Below the pieces are notes generated by a model that saw only the letters and a list, made by a program, of their open reading frames with translations, did not search any database and was not told where the DNA came from. From a virus (taxonomy: Duplodnaviria; Heunggongvirae; Uroviricota; Caudoviricetes), in IMG/VR virus record IMGVR_UViG_3300015615_000629, positions 368,711 through 432,710 of that record: a stretch of 64,000 bases of DNA. One strand, 5' to 3'. Positions 18,454 to 27,841 of the stretch are shown piece after piece. Positions within the stretch are counted from its first letter, which is position 1, and every line of letters starts with the position of its first letter. Position numbers and translations under genes: made by a program.

Positions 18454-18464
18454 TTGGGCTTTTT
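18435..18464. terminator. bidirectional intrinsic terminator
   Basis: A7-GCCCAA-cgttaa-TTGGGC-T5 between convergent genes. Confidence 0.75.
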
Positions 18465-18486
18465 CTCTCGATTCTAAGCTAAGAGT

Positions 18487-18747
18487 TTAGCGTCGGGTAC
18501 GAGTCTTGGCGGCCTTCTTTACCTGGGTAGTGCCTTCATCGAAGGCGACACCGCCCGTGTAATTAAGTTGGGTTGCCAAAGAGCGGGCAGACGTAGCAAG
18601 AGCAGAACGGGTGCTAAAGCTAGTAGTATTATCTGCACGGCGAACCAACTTTGTAGGCTGAAGACCAGGGAGAGAAACAGTCCCTTCCCAAGATTCAACT
18701 CCATTACGGTTGCGACGGGCAACCCTTACACTCAATACATTACTCAT
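18487..18747 (-). CDS. hypothetical basic protein
   Basis: AGGAGA SD upstream; 86 aa. Confidence 0.65.
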   Translation of the reverse strand: MSNVLSVRVARRNRNGVESWEGTVSLPGLQPTKLVRRADNTTSFSTRSALATSARSLATQLNYTGGVAFDEGTTQVKKAAKTRTRR

Positions 18748-18848
18748 AAAAATTTCTCCTGTGAAATTTCACAACTTTGGGGATTCTAACTTAATAATCT
18801 GAAAAATCAAGCCTAAATTTTGGAAAATTTTCTACTATATAATATCAA

Positions 18849-18975
18849 CCGCAGGAAATGCGGGGATAGCCGATTGCCCTGGTATAAGACTTTCTAAATA
18901 GAAAGCGACTGGTTGGATCGGAAGCCACTTGTATGGCGATTTCACATAAATGTAAACCATAAACCGAAAGGTATT
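18849..18975 (+). ncRNA. candidate structured RNA / 5' leader of unknown class
   Basis: Four to five hairpins in 125 nt downstream of TATAAT (18838-18843), with possible loop-loop pairing. Confidence 0.4.
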
Positions 18976-18983
18976 AGGATATA

Positions 18984-19229
18984 ATGAAAACATTCTTGCA
19001 ATGGGCCGAAGATAGTGATTTTGACGTAACCGTTCCCGAAATCGTAGAGATTAATCCGGCCGAAAAGACGAAGGCCGAAAATGGCGTTCGTACCGGCGTT
19101 AGCCAAAACTACCCAGATGCTTATGTTCGAGCACAGTATCCTCACAAGTATTTCAATCCAGTGAAGGCTACTGCAGACTTCGATCTCGAAGCAAAGCCAA
19201 AGGCTGCTCCTAAAGGAACTCCGGGCTAA
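18984..19229 (+). CDS. small protein with capsid-targeting-like N-terminus
   Basis: MKTFLQWAE start. Confidence 0.65.
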   Translation: MKTFLQWAEDSDFDVTVPEIVEINPAEKTKAENGVRTGVSQNYPDAYVRAQYPHKYFNPVKATADFDLEAKPKAAPKGTPG

Positions 19230-19549
19230 TTACGGCCGTTTTTAAATCTGATTTCTTGATCGACTTCAAATATAGATTTTGGTTTTTTCGGCATAACTTC
19301 TTTTACACGTTGCCAATATGCCCAAGTATCATGGTTCTTGGGATTTTGCACTACAATTCCTGTAGAATAATACTTTGAAAGTAGTTGTTCTACTCTTTCC
19401 ATGCTCAATCTAGATTCTTTTGCGATTGCAGCAATACTTTTCCACTCCCAGTTTGGGTCTCTTGATAAAGCAATAAAAAACCGCTTTTCTTCTTCCCCTT
19501 CGGGGGTTCCTTGTGGATAAACTTCTTCCCATTTTTGCGGATCTGCCAT
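19226..19549 (-). CDS. winged-HTH-like protein
   Basis: WKSIAAIAKESRLSMERVEQLLSKY; AGGAGA SD. Confidence 0.55.
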   Translation of the reverse strand: MADPQKWEEVYPQGTPEGEEEKRFFIALSRDPNWEWKSIAAIAKESRLSMERVEQLLSKYYSTGIVVQNPKNHDTWAYWQRVKEVMPKKPKSIFEVDQEIRFKNGRN

Positions 19550-19567
19550 GATTTCTCCTATTAACTC

Positions 19568-19583
19568 GCTATATTAATATAGC
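19568..19583. promoter_or_regulatory. perfect 16 bp palindrome between divergent genes
   Basis: GCTATATTAATATAGC. Confidence 0.55.
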
Positions 19584-19605
19584 ACTTAGAACAAAGAAAG
19601 GTCAA

Positions 19606-20037
19606 ATGCGAAGAATTAATAGACAAGTTACCAGAATGGAAAGGATGCAGAGACGCCAGCAAATTATTGCTGATCGTCTAAAAGGTACTGGAAAGTTTAT
19701 ATACAGAAATAATACTAGAGGCGAATTAACTTTACCAAAGCCATCCTTAGATGGCAAGAAAACGGTTCCTCCTAAAGGCGAATGGCTTGGTGACGATTAT
19801 TTTATGGCTCTTGTAAAGACTCATGATGCGACTCTAGTTCGTGAAGTTGAAGAAAGGAAAACAGTGTCAGAAACAAAACTTATTTTAGACCAACCGCCCA
19901 CAGTGACTTCGTCTGGACAGGTTGAACATGTTGTTACTCCTAAACAACTTACGGAGACAAAAGGTTCGCCGGAACAGAGCAAAGAAACGCTCATTACGGA
20001 AGATCCAGTCGATGGCGTGGAAATCATTATCGACTAA
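19606..20037 (+). CDS. hypothetical protein
   Basis: GAAAGG SD; 143 aa. Confidence 0.6.
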   Translation: MRRINRQVTRMERMQRRQQIIADRLKGTGKFIYRNNTRGELTLPKPSLDGKKTVPPKGEWLGDDYFMALVKTHDATLVREVEERKTVSETKLILDQPPTVTSSGQVEHVVTPKQLTETKGSPEQSKETLITEDPVDGVEIIID

Positions 20038-20066
20038 GTGACAAAGCCGGTTCCCTGTGCTATAAT
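20038..20066 (+). promoter_or_regulatory. sigma70-type early promoter
   Basis: GTGACA-17nt-TATAAT with TGTGC before the -10. Confidence 0.7.
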
Positions 20067-20112
20067 GCCAGCCTGAGTCGAATTTCTTAACCCTAGATTC
20101 AAGGGACTTCGC

Positions 20113-21198
20113 TTGCGCCACACCATCAGTGTTGAACGTAAGTCAAAGTATTGTATTAAAGAATCAAGGTTTACGCAAATTGCCAAGGGGATCGTCCAGA
20201 AGGCGATTGGATCAAATCCTTGGCATTTCGTAGCCAGACCACTTATTAGAAGTGGCTCCCCTGGTGAATGGACATTTGTCCAAGAAGTGCGGGTTGAAAA
20301 AACCGGCCGAGGTTCATATGAACGACAATGGGAAAAAATAAAAAACCGGTTTTTAAAAATATCCGCCAGAAAAAGTCTTAACTGCCGTCTATATATTGAC
20401 GGAAAAGCACTCACCGCCGCCGAAGAATTAAAAATCACCCCACCTAGCGGCAAAGATTATGGTGAAATAAACACCAATCCCACTGGCTTTTTTGATCATA
20501 TTTATGGCCGCGAGGCTGCAATTAACATTGCTCTCAGTGCCATCAATGCTGCGAAAGATAGTGATTTAACTCAACGTCATCATGTTCTACTTTATGGCCC
20601 GCCAGGAAGTGGAAAAACCGAAATTTTAAAATCAATTGGTAGAATGCTCGGTCAAGAAGGTGACGCCTATTTAAGCATTGACGCCACTAGTGCAACCGAA
20701 GCCGGCATTTACAAAATGCTGTTTGAATTAACTCACATCCCGCCAGTATTGCTGATTGAAGAAGCCGAAAAAGTACCTGAGAAAGCCCAACGTTGGACAT
20801 TAGCATTAATGGATCAACGTGCCGAAATTCGTAAAACTAATTTCAATGTCGGCCACATGGCAAAGAATGTCAGAATGATTGTTCTTGCCACGGTGAATGA
20901 TATTGAATTGTTTAAGAAAAGCATGTTCGGTGCCTTGTATTCCAGATTTGGCTACGAAATTTATTGTCCCCACCCAAGTAAGGATCAAATTAAGCAAATA
21001 TTGACGAGAGAAGTCAAACGAATCAACGGCAATCCTGCCTGGATTGAACCTACGATTCAATTTTGTGTCGAGGAATTGAAATACACAGATCCACGCAAAA
21101 TTATTCCTGTGTGCATTTGTGGAAAGGATAAATTGTTAACTGGCGAATACCAGAATTACGTGAGAGAAATTCAATGCCTACCTACTGCTACACAGTAA
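20113..21198 (+). CDS. AAA+ ATPase
   Basis: Walker A HVLLYGPPGSGKT, Walker B LLIEEAEK, ATVND sensor, SRF arginine finger. Confidence 0.85.
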   Translation: MRHTISVERKSKYCIKESRFTQIAKGIVQKAIGSNPWHFVARPLIRSGSPGEWTFVQEVRVEKTGRGSYERQWEKIKNRFLKISARKSLNCRLYIDGKALTAAEELKITPPSGKDYGEINTNPTGFFDHIYGREAAINIALSAINAAKDSDLTQRHHVLLYGPPGSGKTEILKSIGRMLGQEGDAYLSIDATSATEAGIYKMLFELTHIPPVLLIEEAEKVPEKAQRWTLALMDQRAEIRKTNFNVGHMAKNVRMIVLATVNDIELFKKSMFGALYSRFGYEIYCPHPSKDQIKQILTREVKRINGNPAWIEPTIQFCVEELKYTDPRKIIPVCICGKDKLLTGEYQNYVREIQCLPTATQ

Positions 21199-21350
21199 GC
21201 AACAGAAACCCCCAAACCGATTACGAGCGAAGATATAAACAAAAAGGAACCACAATTGAGGCTCCTTCTATGAGCGAAGCAGAAGAAATACTTGCCCGCT
21301 CGCTGCCCAAATCTGTGGTGATTACCAAAATTTATAGAAAAGTAGAATGA
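21174..21350 (+). CDS. hypothetical protein (58 aa)
   Basis: Hand translation MPTYCYTVSNRNPQTDYERRYKQKGTTIEAPSMSEAEEILARSLPKSVVITKIYRKVE; ends just before terminator. Confidence 0.5.
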   Translation: MPTYCYTVSNRNPQTDYERRYKQKGTTIEAPSMSEAEEILARSLPKSVVITKIYRKVE

Positions 21351-21358
21351 TTCCTCGC

Positions 21359-21399
21359 CAGCCTAGCCGGGCCTCGTTGGCCCGGTTGGGCTGTTTTTT
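21359..21399 (+). terminator. intrinsic terminator
   Basis: 15 bp GC-rich stem CAGCCTAGCCGGGCC/GGCCCGGTTGGGCTG plus T6. Confidence 0.85.
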
Positions 21400-21413
21400 A
21401 ATCGGAGCGAATA

Positions 21414-21566
21414 ATGAAACGCAAAGTCGCCAGCAAACCAATCAAAAAAAAGGTCAAGCGGGCAGACTCGCTATTGGACCTTCACCGCAAGGGCAAACTT
21501 GGGATGTCTAAGCGAGCAACCAAAGCATTCTTCAATGAATTTTTTGGGTGCGATCCTATTCCATGA
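21414..21566 (+). CDS. small basic protein (50 aa)
   Basis: Hand translation MKRKVASKPIKKKVKRADSLLDLHRKGKLGMSKRATKAFFNEFFGCDPIP; GGAG SD; ATGA-coupled. Confidence 0.55.
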   Translation: MKRKVASKPIKKKVKRADSLLDLHRKGKLGMSKRATKAFFNEFFGCDPIP

Positions 21567-22063
21567 ATAACATAAAAACCCTGTGGACAAAAGGGCGATT
21601 ATACGCTTTCCATGAAGTAGAAAGCCATAGCAGGACAATACTTTATTGTAGCGGTCCATGTTTTGTAGAATTTCCCAAGATACATTTTATTTTAGATACT
21701 ATCGAACATGAACTGTATATCTGTGCAGAATCCGAAGGAGACTTTTATACTTTACTCCTTTCTAATGTTTGTTCCACTTGCGTTTGTTTGGGGCATGAAA
21801 TTCATTCCGCAATGGATTTTTTGTTTACTGGAAAAAACATACCGGCTCTATTTGAATTTGCAATAAATTCCTTTTGGCAGACAAGTTTCGATGGGGTCGC
21901 CTATCTTTCTGAATCTCAAATCATTTCGTTTGGAGAAAGCCTGCGAAAAAAGAAAATAGAGTTGGGAGAAAAAATTGATAATTGGCTGATGGACATATTG
22001 AAAGAGAAAGCCAATCTGTACCTACATTCTCAGAAATCCGTCAGCCAGACAGGGAACTATTGA
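21563..22063 (+). CDS. prokaryotic E2 family D-like protein
   Basis: FVEFPKIHF, LYI, LSNV...VCLG, FW.TSF. Confidence 0.5.
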   Translation: MNNIKTLWTKGRLYAFHEVESHSRTILYCSGPCFVEFPKIHFILDTIEHELYICAESEGDFYTLLLSNVCSTCVCLGHEIHSAMDFLFTGKNIPALFEFAINSFWQTSFDGVAYLSESQIISFGESLRKKKIELGEKIDNWLMDILKEKANLYLHSQKSVSQTGNY

Positions 22064-22088
22064 AGACATGGGCCTCCTTTTAAAAAAC

Positions 22089-22117
22089 TTGGCAATGGTT
22101 GAGAATTGTGCTAAGGT
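22089..22117 (+). promoter_or_regulatory. sigma70-type early promoter of NAD cluster
   Basis: TTGGCA-17nt-TAAGGT with TTGTGC; -10 ends 6 nt before ATG. Confidence 0.65.
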
Positions 22118-22123
22118 GGACGC

Positions 22124-22909
22124 ATGACAACCAATCTTTTAATCATTGATCCACAATATGATTTCTGCGATCAAGAAGGTTCCTTGTATGTTACAGGTGC
22201 GGCTGCTGATTGCGGCCGTATCGAGTTGCTTATTGCCAACAATATGGCCAACATCAATGATATTCTTGTGACAATGGACGCACATCCAGACTTCCATATC
22301 GGCCACCCAATTTGGTTTAAAAACTCTAGGGGAGAACACCCTAATCCTTTTTCCCAAATTCGCTTAGATGGCACTGCTTTTATTGATCAAAACGATACAG
22401 AATGGCAAGTAACTTGTGAGCATACACATGACTATACTGTTAATTACCTTAAAATAGTCAAGGAACACACTGTCTGGCCTTATCATTGTGTAGATGGCAC
22501 GATTGGAAGCTCATTAAGTATTAATGATGGGCTCCAAGTTTGGGCTAAAACTCAAATGGCTGTTCCTGTCCTCTTGCGAAAAGGCCAAAGCCCTTTTACA
22601 GAGTGTTATTCCGCTATTAAAGACGTTACAGGTCGCCTTACGGATATTTCAGAGACTATCCTAACATCAATTTCTAAAGCTGATAAAACAATTGTTTGCG
22701 GTGAGGCTTCTAGCCATTGTGTTGCCGCAACAGTAAGAGATATTTTAAGGACTTCGCCAGAGTTTGCTAAGAAATTGATTATTCTCTCTAATTGCATGTC
22801 TCACGTTACTGGATTTAGGGCGGTAGCGGAAAATTTCTTTAATCAAATGCGGGAAGCAAATGTCCAAGTCTCAACTACTGATGAAATCAGCGGGAATTTG
22901 CGTAGTTGA
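22124..22909 (+). CDS. pncA: nicotinamidase (isochorismatase-like cysteine hydrolase)
   Basis: IIDPQYDF, TMDAH, WPYHC, LRKG, GEASSHCV: Asp/Lys/Cys triad and metal ligands. Confidence 0.9.
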   Translation: MTTNLLIIDPQYDFCDQEGSLYVTGAAADCGRIELLIANNMANINDILVTMDAHPDFHIGHPIWFKNSRGEHPNPFSQIRLDGTAFIDQNDTEWQVTCEHTHDYTVNYLKIVKEHTVWPYHCVDGTIGSSLSINDGLQVWAKTQMAVPVLLRKGQSPFTECYSAIKDVTGRLTDISETILTSISKADKTIVCGEASSHCVAATVRDILRTSPEFAKKLIILSNCMSHVTGFRAVAENFFNQMREANVQVSTTDEISGNLRS

Positions 22910-23078
22910 CCCATACAAGCAAGAAGATGCTTGGTTTGTTTGCCTTACGATAAAAATCGACGGAGCAATTGGTACACTTTATTGGGCTTCCGTTATGGAA
23001 GATAAAAAATCTGCCGTTAAATTCGGCAGAAAATGTGCTAAACAACTTAGACTTAAAGTAGTTGGGAAATTGAAATGA
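22860..23078 (+). CDS. hypothetical protein
   Basis: ATGA-coupled to pncB; start uncertain. Confidence 0.45.
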   Translation: MSKSQLLMKSAGICVVDPYKQEDAWFVCLTIKIDGAIGTLYWASVMEDKKSAVKFGRKCAKQLRLKVVGKLK

Positions 23079-24229
23079 AATCGTTTCTTGATCAAGACTT
23101 ATACAAGTTCACGATGGGCCAAATCGCCTCTCAGAGCCACGCTGATGTACAATATAACTTCGTAAATCGCGACCAAAATAACAAATTTATTCAAGACTTT
23201 CTTCATGTTTTTGAAGAAAAAGTACAGCAACTTGGCGACGTTCACCTAACTCCAGAGGAAAAAGACTACCTTATAAGCCTCAGATTGTTTAATGAAAATT
23301 ATCTCAAGTTTCTTCAAAATTTCAGATATAATCCGAATCAACTCGACATCAGAATTGTTGATGAACAGCTAAGGTTGCGAATTGAAGGCCCTTGGTCTGA
23401 AACTATCTATTGGGAAGTGCCTTTGATGGCACTAATCAGCGAAACTTATTTTGAAATCGTTGATAAGAATTGGAAATGGGATCGAACCGATTATAAAAAC
23501 AGATTGATCGACAAAGCCCAACTCCTAAAAGGCGTCAGATTTGCTGAATTTGGAACAAGACGACGCAGATCGTTTGATACCCAAGATTTGGCCGTAGAAG
23601 TAATGTCACATTATCCTAATTTCGCAGGTACTAGTAACGTATATTTGGCGAAAAAATATAATGTAAACTGTATTGGGACTGTAGCCCATGAATTTGTAAT
23701 GGCTCAGTCCATGTTTTCAAATTATGAATTCAAGGGCAAACCAAACCCAATGGTTCATAGAAATTCAATGGATCGTTGGATTTCTCAATATCATGGCAAA
23801 CTAGGCATCGCTCTTACCGACACCTATACCACCAAATCCTTTCTTAAGTCATTCGATTCATTTTACGCTAGATTGTTCGATGGCGTAAGGCAGGACAGCG
23901 GCGACCCATTTGAATACGGCGAGATGATTATTCGCCATTATAAATCGCTTGGTATCAATCCTCTCTATAAAGTAATTGTTTTCAGCGACTCCTTGGACCC
24001 AGAAAAGGCTGTTGCTCTGAATGATAGGTTCTCTGATAGAATCAACTGTATGTTTGCGATTGGGACTAATTTGACAAATGACTTTCCTGGCAGCCCTGCT
24101 TTGAAAATCGTTATCAAATTGTTCATGTTCAATGGCCAACCTGTCGTAAAAGTTTCCGACGAACCAAGTAAGGCATCTGGCGATCCTGATGCTCTCAAAA
24201 TGATTAAGAGGCTCCACAATGTCGAATAA
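23075..24229 (+). CDS. pncB: nicotinate phosphoribosyltransferase
   Basis: LDQDLYKFTM, EFGTRRR, GTSNV, GTVAHEF, LTDTY, GVRQDSGDP, FSDSL, FAIGTNLTND, KVSDEPSK. Confidence 0.95.
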   Translation: MKSFLDQDLYKFTMGQIASQSHADVQYNFVNRDQNNKFIQDFLHVFEEKVQQLGDVHLTPEEKDYLISLRLFNENYLKFLQNFRYNPNQLDIRIVDEQLRLRIEGPWSETIYWEVPLMALISETYFEIVDKNWKWDRTDYKNRLIDKAQLLKGVRFAEFGTRRRRSFDTQDLAVEVMSHYPNFAGTSNVYLAKKYNVNCIGTVAHEFVMAQSMFSNYEFKGKPNPMVHRNSMDRWISQYHGKLGIALTDTYTTKSFLKSFDSFYARLFDGVRQDSGDPFEYGEMIIRHYKSLGINPLYKVIVFSDSLDPEKAVALNDRFSDRINCMFAIGTNLTNDFPGSPALKIVIKLFMFNGQPVVKVSDEPSKASGDPDALKMIKRLHNVE

Positions 24230-24668
24230 AAAAGATTATCCTAAGCCGGCTTTAACGGTCGATATTGTTTGTTTTTCGTCTACCGATCACGATCTTTCAC
24301 GACACCATTCAAAAGTTCTTTTAATTAAGCGTAAAAACGAGCCCTTTAAGGATTGTTGGGCTTTGCCGGGCGGTTATGTAAATGAAGGGGAAACAAGCCT
24401 AGAAGCCGCCATCCGTGAATTATACGAAGAAACAAAACTTGTTATTAGCCAAAATTATGGCTTAACGGGTGTTTACGACAAGCCCGGCAGAGACCCACGT
24501 GGTTGGGTAGTTTCTGTCGCTTATTTTACCGAGATACACGATTTAAATACCGCTCGTGCTGGCGACGATGCTGCGGAAGTTGGAATCTTCGATGTTGACA
24601 ATTTACCGGAAATGGCGTTCGACCATGCTGACATCATCGACGATACTTTTGATAGGTTTGCAACATGA
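24219..24668 (+). CDS. Nudix hydrolase (ADP-ribose pyrophosphatase/NrtR-N-like)
   Basis: ALPGGYVNEGETSLEAAIRELYEET Nudix box; TVDIV, GRDPRGW, AGDDA. Confidence 0.9.
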   Translation: MSNKKDYPKPALTVDIVCFSSTDHDLSRHHSKVLLIKRKNEPFKDCWALPGGYVNEGETSLEAAIRELYEETKLVISQNYGLTGVYDKPGRDPRGWVVSVAYFTEIHDLNTARAGDDAAEVGIFDVDNLPEMAFDHADIIDDTFDRFAT

Positions 24669-24901
24669 AACTAAGATTGTGCAAGTTTTCTCGTCGTAAG
24701 CTCAATGAAAGCGAGCAAGGCCAGCAACTTTTACCGCTTGTTGACCAAGCCGTTGTCATGATTAACGAAATGGGTGCGGCCCATTGCGACATCAAACTCG
24801 GCTACGTCGAACTAGATGGCGAAGGCGAAGTTGTCGATTCCGAAGAGGAATGTTTGGTTCCTGAAATCATCATCCGTGTAAGAAAAGCGAGAGATGCATA
24901 A
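24665..24901 (+). CDS. hypothetical protein
   Basis: Coupled overlaps at both ends. Confidence 0.55.
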   Translation: MKLRLCKFSRRKLNESEQGQQLLPLVDQAVVMINEMGAAHCDIKLGYVELDGEGEVVDSEEECLVPEIIIRVRKARDA

Positions 24902-25632
24902 TGGGCGGCAACATTGCTGTAACAATTCGTCGTGAAGATGGCCGTGAACATCGGATGTGCCGATGGACTAACCCAATTCCTCACACCTTTAAGAATATCC
25001 ATTTCCTAAACGGAAACGAGGAATACCTAGACAGATATATCAAAACATGGGATGATTTTGTAGAAGATTACCGCCTCCACAAGGAAGATGGCGAATTTGA
25101 GCATAACATGACTAGTGTGTATGCTCCATATCCGTTCTTGGCTCCTTCTGAATACGGAATAATTGTTGTCGATTACCAGAAAAAGGTAATCATTTCTTGC
25201 AATCACTATACTAGTTTGGGGTATATTGATGGTGTAAATTACCTTATTGAATTACCAGATGATCCGCCCTATACCGAAGCATTCAAGATTCCTACACCTG
25301 ACGAAGAAGGTGATTTTGCAGTATGCCAAAATTTGGCACATTTTATATCAGAAGACAGAATTAAAAGCGTCATAAGTTGGGATAATGAAGTTAAAGAAAA
25401 ACTGCCACTTGATTTTTTCATTAACACGCCTCGTCGAGAACAGGGAGAAGTAACACGAGAACTAAGATTTGAACTAGATTTAAAGCCATTTACTTTATTT
25501 GATTTTAACAGAGACACACCAGAAATCTTCGCTAAGGTCAAAGAAAAAGTCCTAGAATTAGGCTTTAAATTGACTCCAGAAGAAGAAGAAATTTGGGAAA
25601 AAGAGATTAAAGGCAGGGAAGAAGATGAGTAA
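24901..25632 (+). CDS. hypothetical protein
   Basis: 243 aa coupled ORF. Confidence 0.65.
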   Translation: MGGNIAVTIRREDGREHRMCRWTNPIPHTFKNIHFLNGNEEYLDRYIKTWDDFVEDYRLHKEDGEFEHNMTSVYAPYPFLAPSEYGIIVVDYQKKVIISCNHYTSLGYIDGVNYLIELPDDPPYTEAFKIPTPDEEGDFAVCQNLAHFISEDRIKSVISWDNEVKEKLPLDFFINTPRREQGEVTRELRFELDLKPFTLFDFNRDTPEIFAKVKEKVLELGFKLTPEEEEIWEKEIKGREEDE

Positions 25633-26164
25633 ATGCTTTTTGGTTGTTTATGGCGAATGTGCCGACCTTCCTCATGATGACTGGAATTTTATTCCAAAAC
25701 CATCAAAATACTGCGTTATTTCAGCATGGCCAGATAAAGCAGCGGCAGATAAGGATTGTGAACAAAAAGCCACCTCAATTACTTACCACAATGGAAGTTC
25801 CTATAGGTTAAGCACGGATGTTTGGACTCATAGTGGTAGCGGTACGTTTTACTGCGTAATTGAAGTTCCATCGCCGGCTGTGCATATCAAGGAAAAAGAA
25901 ATACCTTACGCCCCCAAGAAAGTTGAATTACGTGGTGCGTTTGTTTGGGATTGTGACGATTGTGGCCGTGAAAACTTTTGTACCGGCCCGCCTGTCATCC
26001 AAGAAGAAATTGACGAAATAATTGAAGAGTATGCCGAGGTCGAGGACTTACATGGATTCCATTTCGCCGAGATGCCCGAAACAGTAACTTGTAAATATTG
26101 TGGCGAAATTTTTGAGACTCAAAACCCGACAAAAACCGAACTAGACGAAGATGACGAGGAATAA
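25625..26164 (+). CDS. zinc-binding hypothetical protein
   Basis: WDCDDCG...CKYCG. Confidence 0.6.
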   Translation: MSKCFLVVYGECADLPHDDWNFIPKPSKYCVISAWPDKAAADKDCEQKATSITYHNGSSYRLSTDVWTHSGSGTFYCVIEVPSPAVHIKEKEIPYAPKKVELRGAFVWDCDDCGRENFCTGPPVIQEEIDEIIEEYAEVEDLHGFHFAEMPETVTCKYCGEIFETQNPTKTELDEDDEE

Positions 26165-27841
26165 ATGAACATTTCCCTGGCTCAAATCAATACAACTCCA
26201 CGGGATTTTCAAGGAAATCTCGATAAAATCTTTGCTGCTATTGCACAAGCCGCCAAAGACCAAAGCCGCATTGTCGTATTTCCCGAACTAACCATCCCTG
26301 GATACCTAACCAGAGATATGGTTTATAGCCGAGACTACGTTAGAACCTGTCTCGAAAATCTCCAACGTGTTGTAAACGTATCCAGCAAATATCCTAATCT
26401 TTACATCGTTCTTGGATATATTGATACAAATCGAACCGGTGTAGGCAAGCCATACCAAAATATGGCAGCCGTTATCAATAACGGCGTTGTTGTCGCCACC
26501 TATGCAAAACAATTGTTGCCCTTTTACGATGTTTTTGATGAGGCCCGTTATTTCGAGCCTGGAAATTCTCCCGCTATCGTTGAAATCGATGGCGTAAAAT
26601 GGGGAATTACCATCTGTGAAGACCTTTGGAACGACAAAGGCAGCGACGATTATAATTACAAAAAGAACCCGCTCCGAGCCTACCGTAAACTCGGTATCAA
26701 AAATATCATTTCCTTAAATAGTTCGCCTTTTGTTCGTGGAAAGCCACGTAAGAGAATCGATCTCTTCTCCAAGAGCGAACTTGATACTCTAGTTTATGTT
26801 AATCAAATTGGCGGACAAGATGAACTTGTTTTCGACGGAAATAGTTTCATCTTAAAAGCCAACGAAGGCCACGGCTTTTTCGAGCCAGATATGCAAGAAG
26901 GGGTTTTTACAGCAACCCCCCAAAAGATGGGGCTTAATATCAATTTAACGGCAAGTTCTGCCGAGAACGAACTTGCTACTATCTCTAAGGTTCTGGATAT
27001 CGGCATTAGAGACTATGTAAGGAAATCTGGATTTACCGATGTGGTTGTGGCTAGTTCGGGCGGTATTGACAGTGCCATCGTTATTGCGAAAGCCTGTGAC
27101 GCTCTAGGGGCCGAACACGTTCACGGCATCAGGATGCCAAGTATCTACAGCAGCAAAGGCTCTGTAGACGATGCTTTGTTGCTACACCAAAACTTGGGGT
27201 GTCATGATTACTTGCACCCTATTGCTCACGAAGATTTGATTAAGGATTTTGCCAAATCCTTTAGGATTGTTGGAGATTACAACAAGGTTGCTGATGAGAA
27301 CATCCAAGCACGACTTAGAGGTAATGCTTTGATGTTTTTCTCAAATGCTTTGGGGGCATTGCCGTTAACGACTGGTAACAAAACGGAAATGGCCGTAGGT
27401 TACTTTACCATTTATGGTGATTCCTGTGGGGGGTTTGCTCCCATTAGCGACCTTTACAAGACAGAAGTATATGATTTGGCACGTTACTTGAATCACAACA
27501 GGGAGATTATCCCTAATGAGATCGTCAATAAAGCCCCTTCCGCCGAGCTAAGGCCAGATCAGACGGACGAATCTAGTTTGTTGCCTTATTCGATTCTTGA
27601 CAAAATTGTTAAAGAATATGTTGAGGAATACATTGGTTCGTTCGATAATTTTGCCAAAAAATATCCTAAATTGAAGACATGGGCAAATACCGAAAAAGCC
27701 CCCACAGAATACCGCAGAATCATTAAGTTGATTGATTCTGCCGAATACAAACGTCGCCAAGCCGCTCCAGGCATCAAACTTAGCCAAGTGGCTTTCGGAA
27801 CGGGACGCAGATTGCCAATCGTCAAAGGCGTATTGCTATGA
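26165..27841 (+). CDS. nadE: glutamine-dependent NAD+ synthetase
   Basis: Nitrilase domain (LAQIN, VFPEL, K..LP.YDVFDEARYF, ICEDLW) plus synthetase domain (SGGIDS, ENIQARLRG, TTGNKTE, PSAEL, EYKRRQA). Confidence 0.95.
   Translation: MNISLAQINTTPRDFQGNLDKIFAAIAQAAKDQSRIVVFPELTIPGYLTRDMVYSRDYVRTCLENLQRVVNVSSKYPNLYIVLGYIDTNRTGVGKPYQNMAAVINNGVVVATYAKQLLPFYDVFDEARYFEPGNSPAIVEIDGVKWGITICEDLWNDKGSDDYNYKKNPLRAYRKLGIKNIISLNSSPFVRGKPRKRIDLFSKSELDTLVYVNQIGGQDELVFDGNSFILKANEGHGFFEPDMQEGVFTATPQKMGLNINLTASSAENELATISKVLDIGIRDYVRKSGFTDVVVASSGGIDSAIVIAKACDALGAEHVHGIRMPSIYSSKGSVDDALLLHQNLGCHDYLHPIAHEDLIKDFAKSFRIVGDYNKVADENIQARLRGNALMFFSNALGALPLTTGNKTEMAVGYFTIYGDSCGGFAPISDLYKTEVYDLARYLNHNREIIPNEIVNKAPSAELRPDQTDESSLLPYSILDKIVKEYVEEYIGSFDNFAKKYPKLKTWANTEKAPTEYRRIIKLIDSAEYKRRQAAPGIKLSQVAFGTGRRLPIVKGVLL

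Noticed and set aside
18849-18975. Assignment to a known riboswitch, ribozyme, tRNA or SRP RNA
   Set aside because: No diagnostic core recognised (no CUGAUGA/GAAA hammerhead core, T-loop GTTCRA, or SAM or c-di-GMP consensus). Kept as an unclassified candidate.
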